DNA of 64,000 nucleotides from the human T2T-CHM13v2.0 reference genome, Homo sapiens: the NCBI RefSeq assembly GCF_009914755.1, contig NC_060929.1; one strand, written 5' to 3'. The notes beneath the pieces are model-generated. The model searched no databases. It worked only from the letters and a program-made list of their open reading frames with translations, and was not told the DNA's origin. The position numbers were made by a program, and so were the translations under genes. Positions 51,881 through 64,000 of this stretch are shown here, piece by piece (position 1 is the stretch's first letter; each line of letters opens with the position of its first letter).

Positions 51881-52887
51881 CATAAAAAATAGAACCAGCA
51901 TTTAGAAATCTACTTTCAGAAACTTAATAAAATGAGAATTTGTCCTCTTTTACATATAGGAAGCCTGCATAATAAGCATTCTGTTGCTAGTACATAAGCT
52001 TCCCATTTTCATCAGGAACCTATACACTTACATTCCTCTTTTACTAACTTCAATGAATGACTTCTATCTTCAAGGTGATTTCATGCTTCTAGCCACCATG
52101 TCTGTACTCCAGGACAGCAGCAGAGTGTAGAAAAATAAAAAAGACATACCTCCCTAATGAGTCAACTGCACTTAAGGAGCCATCCCAGAAGTTTCACACG
52201 GCTTATGTTAATACAGCTATATCCAGATGCAAGGAATGCTGGGAAATGTGGTATTGTGCACAGCTAAAGTTGGGATTATGTTAGTGAAAATGAGACCATG
52301 AACACTGGAAGGTTAAAAGCAATCTCTCATGACATATACAATACAGAAATTAAATTAAATCTTTAAGCAATGTGATAAACCTATGGAATGTTAACAGGCA
52401 AAAATAGCAACATTAAAAATTACAGTGAGGGAATAAGGTATGATTCGTTTGTAGATGGTTGGTGTGTCATTAATCTAGGCAAAAAGTGATAAACTCCTCT
52501 AACAGTGACCAAATGTATAAAAGAAATAATAATACACACTATGGCTAACAACATTCCATTTTGGCCTATTTACTGTTGTTAAGTCTCTATGGTTAGCATC
52601 AGAAATGTACAGTTATGATAGCCTATGACCTCAACATGTTCAGTTTGATAGTAGAAAGGACAACATAAAGACAAACCAATCAACAAATAAGAATAAAAAC
52701 TGTTAAAAAAGGACAATATTATCATAAGAACATAAGGATGTGATAATGTATTTGATATATCGTTTATTTATTGTTTTATAGTTTGATAATACATATAAAT
52801 TTACTGCTCCTTCAATGTTAGAATCAATAGAATCATAGCAGAAGTAATTAAGCAGATAAAGATCAAAACGTCACCTTTATTACTTAC

Positions 52888-53043
52888 TGTTTGAAAAATA
52901 GTCTAAGGCTGGTTTTACAGGGTTGCTCCTATCCATCACCTGATGTGAAGTTTCTTAGGAAGCTTCAGGACTACACCAAAGAAGCAGAACCTGCTCTTTC
53001 ACTCTGTTGCATTGTGTGGAGTGCAGGCCATCATGACTGCTCT
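52888..53043 (-). CDS. Leader exon of the GUSBP/SMA3-type transcript; ATG at 52936, coding 52888-52936 (MDRSNPVKPALDYFSN + 1 nt)
   Basis: Polypyrimidine acceptor 'ttcctttctttttcttgcag|' and donor 'AACA|gtaagta'. The phase-1 end joins exon 5 to give ...FSNRLVNY. The peptide matches my recollection of the N-terminus of the putative beta-glucuronidase-like protein SMA3. Confidence 0.8.
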
Positions 53044-55086
53044 CTGCAAGAAAAAGAAAGGAAATAATTAAGAAACGCACAAAAGTTTGTGAATTGAGAA
53101 TCGCAAAATAGGTATGAAATTGGTTAGCTTTCTAAATTCACCAATCTCATAACTAACACCTGTCCCCATGCAGTGAATGAGTAAAGGATGGACAGAGTCC
53201 ATAATGATTATTCTAGGGAAAGCCTTCTGAGTAGAAAGAGGAGAGTTTTGCGAACAGTTTTGTACAGTTTACTCTTGTTTATGCACTGATAATAAATAAG
53301 AGTTCCTAAAATTCTCTCTAGAACTCTAGGTAAACGAGATATTTCACTGCCCATGCTGTGTGACCTTCATGTCCCATCTGCCTAGACTGTAAATATGCTT
53401 TCTGAATTTTAAAAGAATTAGTATACTATGCTTACATTAAGCAAAAAAGTACCCTTATTATGCAGGATCAAGTAACACTCTAAAGATTCATGTTTATGAA
53501 AAAACACTGATGATTCTATTTTATTATGTGTCTTCTAAAGAGAAAAATACTTGTGCTCTGCAGCATAATTTTACAATGTGCTATTCTAAATACTTTCATT
53601 TAAACAAGATCATTATGAAGATGTTTTGCACACAGAAATATATTTTGAATACTTTTTTTAAAAGATCACAAAGTATATGGTCTCTGTACGTGTTCAATTA
53701 TTTTAATGCTTTCACTATAACAGGAATTCTTAAAGAGGATATGTATTTGCATAATGCTGATAGTCCTTTCTCATTTCTGTTTGTGCTCTGGCTGTTGTTA
53801 CAACCACTGAAAGTAGTAATTACATGAGTGTATTATCCATGATTATCTTTAGATATATGTGCATTTTCTTTAATTAAACTATAAACTCTAAATGAAAAAT
53901 AAAAAAGAAGTCACCTCTTGTCTCTTTGTACAATATTAAAATTTTTTTCTTGTATCCAGAGTTTCCCAAATGCCTGTTGCAAAATTTTACTTAGGGAGTA
54001 GAAAGTGGAGAATCAATATGGTAAAAAAAAAAACTGTGTTACAGGGAAGGAGACACAGGGTAAGCATTTTCCTTATCTTCTCTCCTGTATCTACGTGCTG
54101 CACAAGCATAAATGATAGCAGTCACATGAACGAGTACTTTTCAAGAACATAGAATATTGTGATGGAAAAAAAAAAACCGCTTTGAAACATCGAATAATAT
54201 AAAAGCCAGAACTACTACAACTGTTTTTTACATCCAAAGAAGGTAAACTATTTTTAGATATAAAATTCCTTCTAACAGTGGTCCTGATCATTTAACCAAT
54301 ATTTTGATAAAAGAAGGGAAAAATGGACATTCAGTCCAAAGATGGGCATGTATTCCCATGCCTAGTCAGGCAAAACTTGTGGATGTTCTTTAAAATAACA
54401 ATTCATTCAACAAATAATTTTTAAATGGCTACTGAATACCTGGAAAGGTTCTAGACACAGGGGCTATACTAATAAACAAGAAGGAACTAATTGACAAGAA
54501 TGTGCTCACTGACAATGAAACATCTCCTCATGGAGCTTCAGTTCTATTTGAAAAGACAGAGAACAAAAAAATATTATTGCACAGTGTTAGTTATGTGTGA
54601 ATTAAAAGACTGGTCAGTACTTGAAGGAGAAGGAGTGACAACAAATCTCACTTCCAGTTCTATTTACCTGAACAGATTAATTCTATTTTGTTTCAATGCA
54701 ACAGTAGTCCTACGGTTAACAAGATGCACTACACAAAGCAAACAACTTATAAAATGCATTTTTTCCTTACATTGCAAATCAATTTTAAGTGGATCTACAA
54801 ATATACAATAAATAATATAAATTAGGGATCGTTTGTTTCTAAGGTAATAAGTAGATTTGTTAATTCCACATAAATAATTTCAGAAGGAGAGCAAATGTAA
54901 AAATGTGTTTTAGACAGTGGAGATGCCATTTTATTGTAAGACTATTTATACTCAAAGGTCAAAGTAATGAGCTTTCTATGTCAATGATCGTCCTTCTCTA
55001 TTTCACCCAGTTCCAGACAAACCCAAGTCTTCCAAGTCTCTTCATATATCTGATCCAATAAAATCTATAATGAGTTCAGTTAGCAT

Positions 55087-55141
55087 ACACACACACACAC
55101 ACACACACACACCACACACGCACAAGCACACACACACACAC
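55087..55141. repeat. Interrupted (CA)n microsatellite
   Basis: Directly visible in the sequence. Confidence 0.9.
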
Positions 55142-55504
55142 GACTGCATTGAAATACTTGCTCTAGGGAAGGAACATAGTGTATATGCAACTTGTGTACT
55201 TTCTAAGTATGGAAAGACTAATCCTTTAACAACTGCATTTACTTTCTTTCACTTCTATCGTTGCTATCTACTCCTCAGAAATCTACTTAAACCAATAAAT
55301 ATATATGATGTTGTTATGAGAGTTTTGGAAATAATTCCTAAAAATTTGCATGGCTGCCTCTTTATATTTGGCAGCTTCTATCACCCATGGGAACAACCCC
55401 TACAGAATGATCAGAATATAAAGCATGTGAGCCCTGGGTTTCTCAGGCACTGGAAGGACCTGTCAGAATCCTCTCAGGTGGGTCAAAATGGCCGGGCTTT
55501 ATAC

Positions 55505-55629
55505 CTCATCTCCATTCATGTTTGCATGTCCAGTGCTCCAGGATGACCTAACATTCAGCCAGACAATGGTTACAGCTGAGGCAAACTTTGAAGGAGCTGA
55601 AAGCTGAAGGCTGCTTTGTAATATTGCTC
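55505..55629 (-). other. Putative non-coding upstream exon (125 nt)
   Basis: Acceptor 'gatttctttcccccttggctgctag|' and donor 'GAG|gtataa'. A GC-richer island in AT-rich DNA on the same strand as the leader exon. Confidence 0.35.
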
Positions 55630-57599
55630 CTAGCAGCCAAGGGGGAAAGAAATCTTTTCTTGAAGAGCGATCTGTGTCCATAGCAAAATGTTTTTTTCTT
55701 AGCTCTTGTAAAATCGAAATTGTTTGCTTTTGAATTTTTTTAAATGATTCCTTTAAGATTCTTCATACCAAGATATCACAAGGTCAAGGAATTTTATAAA
55801 GAAGTATTTCTATTTATGTCATTTCCTATATTTATCTATACATAAATCAGCACTAAAACATGCCTTTGATACTAACAACTTGATTGGTTTGTGAACCAAA
55901 TCTGTCATGCAAATACATACGGCTGTTTTTAGATAAATTCTAAAGGTATTACCAAATCATTTAATTTTATTGTGTATCTCAATATTCTGGTTGATGTATA
56001 AGTTTAAATAGAACAAACTATTTGACATTGAAATGTTCTTTATCAAAGGAGAAGGAATACAATTTTAAAGCCATAACGAGTGACACATAGTTCTGAATGA
56101 TTTATTAGCTGTCTGCCAGTCTGAAATGGCTGCCAGTCAATGTTACATGTGACATCTTTCAGATAGTGTGAACTCTTTTATGCAAGTACCTTTCACTATA
56201 AAATTACAGCTGAAGATGATGAAGAGAAAACTGTGGTGTTTATCTTAATGGGCTGAAAGACCTATTTCAACAGTGACAGTAATTCAGAAAAATAGTCTGA
56301 AGTCTAGTATTTCAATAATGTTATTTTCATAGATTTTAATCTCTAAAGACAATGCTTCAGTTTTGTAGAAAATGACTTTTCTAATCATCCTGGATTTCAA
56401 AATTCTTTCCATTACTTAATATTTAAATCACTGGCAGAACTTGGCATGAGGACTAGAGACCTGTCACCAAGCAGCCGGTCATTTTTCTTGGCTTCTCATA
56501 TGCCATGCCCAGCAATAGAGCATTTCTTAGGGGCTGAGGAATAGCAGCAGTGCTAAACACAGAGATGACATTAACAGGAATGAGAGGGTCCAAGCTGTTT
56601 TCCTAGACTAATTCTCATTCAGCCTGAATCAAAGCATTTTCCTATCATTATTATAGATATTTCGCTTGTGGTATTATCTATCTTTTGGCAATGTTGATTT
56701 TTTTGTGATTATCCAAATAAGTAATGTTAATGGAAAAAATCAGATATTAGGGGAAAAAAAACTCTAGAAATAAATGTTAACCCAAGACAATAACAATTCA
56801 ATTAATTTATATGATACCTTAGGGATTGTGTCAATTATTTTTTAAATGAAATTCTAAAAATTCAACACCTGTGTTTTCTCCTATGATTACATATTCAACT
56901 AGGGCACAATTGTAAATGGTTGTATTTGGTTGAATTTTTAGATTGTTTATAAGTTTTACTCTTGCAGACAATAATAATGGAGTTTCTTTGAAAATAAATT
57001 TAGTTGTTCTATAACCAAGGCATAAATATTCAATTCAATAAAATTAGCAAAAATATTAAATGAAAAGTATATTATATATAAAATGCATAAATAAAATATC
57101 CTGCACTGATCATTTTATGTCTATGATTACCCTATTGATTCTGTGCACATTTGCATATGGGTATATATGCAATTTCATAAAATGAAGTATTCATAGTGTA
57201 CATAAATTTAGTAATTACTTTACCCCTTAAAAGTATATGCAATGAGTGTCACTTATATATAAATTCTGTTAACGTGGAAGAAGAATGTTAGTCAAAAAAA
57301 CTACGAATTTAACAATTTTCTGGTTAATTCAAAGGGCTTTCCAAAAATGTCTTTTAAAATTCAATTTCATATATTTTCTCATAGCAGAATATGAGAATGA
57401 ATCCTTTTTGCTGCAAACTGGCTAGCAATAAATTTTTATTTTTATTATTTTAATTCTGTGAATTTCGGGAATGGAGTCTCATTCAGTATAAATATTATAA
57501 TACTAATGAGATTGACTCCCTCCTTCTTATTAACAGTGTGCATTTTTACCCTCAGTGATTCAGTGCATGGTGTAGTGCTATAATTAAAAATGAACATTT

Positions 57600-59675
<2,076 letters not shown>

Positions 59676-61193
59676 TGAACATTTCAAAGACAGATTATGT
59701 GCTTCCAAATGCCAAATCATCACTAAATAGCTCTGTGGCATAGAGGAAATTTCACAACCTTTTAGTGCCCCAATTTTGTGGAAGAATGGTTAGGAGGCTA
59801 TTGCAATAACAAAAGAAAATTTGAATAGCTGTATCCAACATGAAAAGATTGCTAGTAGAATTAAATGAGTTATATAGGTAAAACAATCAGGGAAGTAATT
59901 AAAGAGAATCTGCACTAACATTGTTTTGTTAATTTAAAATATCTCTACACAATCCTTTGATTCATTTGGAATTCGTTTTAGTGTATTTTAGAAAATAAGG
60001 TTTATTTTTTATTTTCTCCCAAAACAATACTTCAAGACAACTTTTCAAACAGTAAATTCCTTCTTTGTTTATAATATGTATTTTAATAAACTGACTTATC
60101 TTCATGATTTCTAGGACATCTGTTCTATCTAATCTATTGTTCAGCATTCGTCTGAGTATTTTCTGGGCAGCAATTGACCCCTCTGTACCTCTGAGTGCCC
60201 ACATTTCCTTGATCCATTTCACCTTGCTGATCAATCCTTCTTTACTCATAGTCTAAATTTTTTTTTAGAAATTCTGAGAGTGCCCCAAACCTTGGTCTTG
60301 GGTCTTCCTTCAATCTTATTTGTCTTTCCACCTGATCTTAATTATTTACATCACATTATACCCTATCTTTATGGTGACAAATCTCAAATTATCTCTCTGA
60401 CCTAAACTTATCATTAAAGATTTGGTTGCAACTTATTAAGAAGTCAGGTTCAATGTAATACATGCATTGTTGATTTAATATGCTCATCAAAATATTTAAA
60501 ATTTTATTTGAATGCAAAAAAATAAAGCTTTTAATTTTATCTCCTATTTAATAATTTTGAGAAAAACATTATACCAATCATTACTAATTATTGCTGGCTT
60601 TTAAAATATTATCTGATTAAATATTTTTGACTTTGAAAAATGGTAACAAATGCTTCTCTCTTTCTTGTCCCCTTGAACCATACTTGATATTGCTTTTTCC
60701 AAATCCGGGCCACAAGTTCAGAATATAACCTGTTAAAATATCTTCTATGTATAAACTATCTTTAAATTTTCTTGAGAGAATACCGACTAACCAAAAGCAT
60801 TGCTCCTTCACCCTACAAAAGAGAGAAAAATTTAAAAATCCCATTAATTTGTTATTTTAAATGGTAATTAAAGCTATTGTGAGGGCTCTTTTATCGGCCA
60901 AACTTGTGAACAAAAAACAGCTCAAATTTATGTGTAAATAAAATATACTGAGATGAAGCCTTTCATTTAATGTGTGATTTTCAGTTCAAAAAAACACACT
61001 GATGTTCAAGAACAAAGACTGGTACAATAACTATCTACAAAATGCTTTTGTTACTAGATTTTAATTCCTTCATCAAACAGACACAGTCAAAGTTGATAGT
61101 GTCACTAGATCTAGAGGTCTATCAATATCCTTCCCACCATTTAATATGTTCTTAATCTCAGGGAAATTCTAAATCATATTCTTCTCAATTGTA

Positions 61194-62236
61194 CAGTTGA
61201 CTCCTGAACAACACAAGGTTTAGGGGCATCAAACCTCCCTAACCCCTCCCCACCACCCCAGCACAGTCAAAAATTCACATATAACTTTGGACTCCCCAAA
61301 ACTAAACTAAGAGCCTACTGTTGACTGGACAATCCTTAACACATATTTCGTATGCTGTATGTATTTTACACTGTAGTTTTACAATGAAGCTAGTTACAGA
61401 AAAGAAAGTGTTATTAAGAAAATTATAGGGAAGAAAAAATACGTTTACAGTACTACAGTATATTTATTTCTCTCATAAGTTTACAATCCTGTGTTTACAA
61501 GATGGATCCTTCTTCTGAAATGGCAGCACACACAGCTGCAGACCTCAATCTAGGGTACCTATCAAGCAATTGATTGTTTTCCTGTAATGTCAGGACCCTT
61601 CTCTGTTTCCTGGAAGAACTTTCAGCATCACTAGCAGCACTTTTTATAGGTCTGAAGGTGTTATTCAAGGTTTATGGTATTGCACTAGACATCATGAATA
61701 ATACAGGAGAAACATGAGAGAACACTTTTTACTGTGTTAATTTACTGGAGAGACAAGCTACTCACAAGAAGATGATTAGCATTATGTGGCATTTTAAGTG
61801 AATACTCACAACACTTGAGTTCACTGCAAGAACAACAGGTGGAGGCTAGGAAATTATCCCAGTAGTACAGTATGTACTACAGTTAATTTTGTGCAGTTAT
61901 GATTTACTTTTGTATATTTTTGTTTTACTTTTCTCTAAACTTCAATTGGCTGCATGTATGCTCTGTGTGTGCCTACGTCTTGATAAATTTTAACTTTTTA
62001 TAATAGATGCATATATATTTCATTGTATTAAATGATCACTAGTATCTACATATAATTTATGCATTCATGGACTTATCATTTTCTTAGTTTTTTAATATTG
62101 CTTGTGTAGATGGGTCACCTGTTATCTTTTTCAATTTTTCATAAATCTCCAAAAATTTTCTAATATATTTATAGGAAAAAATCTACATATGAGCGGACCC
62201 GCACAGTTCAAACCTGTGTTGTTGAGGAGTCAACTA
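61194..62236. mobile_element. Tigger2-family internally deleted DNA transposon (~1 kb)
   Basis: TIRs 'cagttgactcctgaacaacac' / 'gtgttgttgaggagtcaact', flanked by TA. Confidence 0.8.
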
Positions 62237-64000
62237 TATATTATAATTTAAGAGAGGATTCAACTCTTTCATTCTACTGGCAATGGGTTAACATAAACTT
62301 TAGTCAGAACTGCTGAGCTTTTCTGGCACAATGAGGACAAATTGACCAATGTATTTAACCAATAGCTGGGGGAAAATTTTGCTAAAATTGGTAAGTATAT
62401 CTTTATATAACTATATCCTTACAACTTGTCTCAACCTTCGTCAGATTAATCCTAGCAAAACTGTAAAATGTCTCAGTAAAAATCTAAATGAATTTTTCAT
62501 AACAAGTGCTGGCAACAGATTTTAAATATGTTCTGATCATTATTTGTCTCTTGTTGGCATGGAGAAAATCCTTTTTTTTTTTTTTTCAGCCTGGGGAATC
62601 CCAAACTATATCTCTAGTAACAAGGAAACCATTTTACCGGAATTTTTATTAACTAACATGGAAAAGTTTTGTCAATTAATCAGACTTCACTGTCCATATC
62701 ACTTTCAACCTTTTCGGAAGGTAGAAAGATGGAATTCTGAAACTAAAGTTGGTAAAGTTCACAGAGATCGTCAAACTTGCATGGTCTAAGGTATTTCTTC
62801 TTTCTGTGGTTCATAAGTTAGTAACAGCTAAACCAAGTGTCTAGGAATATTAGCTCTGATTCTAGAAATCTACACTTATTTAACTAAATGCTGTAAGGAC
62901 TCAGGAAATCCATTCTTTCAACAAAAGTTACTGAAGACTTTCCCCATTAGTATCCTAAACAATGTCTGCAAAATTGGTTTTCATACCTGGATACCTTGTC
63001 TTCTAAGAGACACGGCAGGGAAAGATCATAGGAAAAAAGTCAATATCAGGCACAGCTAACAACTAGCAAACCCATAGTCTTTAAAAGACTGATCCTTTGA
63101 TTCCTATCTCTCAAGTAAAGAGGTTTAGGTCATCTTCATATTACAGGAAAGTATCCCTACCAAAAACTTCTAACTAATGACTCTTAGGATTCTTCCAAAA
63201 GCAAATAGTCTTTGGGAGAAGACAGCTTCCATCAAATGCCTTTGGATCAAGTGAATCACTATATGAGATATCGGTATCTGCAAACCAAGATCCACATAAA
63301 AAGATCCATTGTTTGTCATATTTAATCTGCATATCTTGAGTTTTCATTTTCCTAGTTAACTTTATCTTTTTATGCTTAAGGTTACATTTAATTACTTTAC
63401 CTATAAAGCTACTATTCCTAATTCCTCTATGCCGTCCTTAGTCACTCTCTAGAAGAGTCCGGAAGCTGGCCGTAATTTGTTCACAATTTGGCTAAACATG
63501 CAGTTGAATCAGTGCTAAGCTGCACACATTTTCCTTAGGATGCCAATTAGAGTTTTTTTTTTTTTAACATCGATTCCTAAATATGAAACTTCTGGGTTTA
63601 TCAATAATTGGACTATTTATTGTTATTTTATCTGACAAACAGCAGAGTATTAGATAAATAGAAATCTTAAATCCTAACATGCTGCACGCAGGAAAGAAAG
63701 CTTATGCCTACAGCAGAACAGCACTTACGGATCTTTAATAGAATGCAACTTCTGTCACTAAACCTTTAGAAAGAAATGTCTTAAAAAGAAGAGAACAAAT
63801 GGCACATACTTAATTCATTTCTCACATTTACATATCATAAAAAATTCTTATTACATATTCAAGCTCCTATCACATCTACCTCTTCCTCTATGTGATAAGG
63901 TCTTCATTTTATATCCCCAAAAGTGATTAATAGCAGAATGGAGCTGAAAGCAATCAATAAACTCAATCAACCTTAATGACTGCTACTGGATTTGTGGTAC

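Overview
This is primate (almost certainly human) segmental-duplication DNA of the chromosome-5 GUSB-pseudogene/SMA-region type (5q13.2 most likely; paralogous chr5 loci such as GUSBP1 at 5p14 cannot be excluded from sequence alone). Bases 1-31,928 are the end of a head-to-tail array of ~20.4-kb units, with the unit junction at 11,476/11,477. Each unit is a mosaic of three parts: a minus-strand GUSB-derived exon cassette (exon 5, truncated exon 6, exons 9 and 10), a THE1/Alu/DNA-transposon block, and a plus-strand intronless POM121-like ORF with internal ~810-bp in-frame repeats and a C-terminal hydrophobic tail. That ORF is intact in the terminal unit (1165 aa from the first ATG) and broken by a 68-bp deletion in the preceding unit. 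Bases 31,929-64,000 are AT-rich, repeat-laden, and not duplicated within the window. They hold a minus-strand ATG leader exon (MDRSNPVKPALDYFSN) that splices in frame to GUSB exon 5 across ~35 kb, and two independently 5'-inverted L1PA elements that share unusual substitutions. The most notable observation is that the four-exon GUSB cassette sums to 540 nt, is stop-free and is phase 1-to-1 symmetric. The leader plus n tandem cassettes, or a 540-nt circle, could therefore encode a 180-aa repeat polyprotein whose length tracks array copy number. Repeat family names are assigned by recall of consensus sequences, not by database search.
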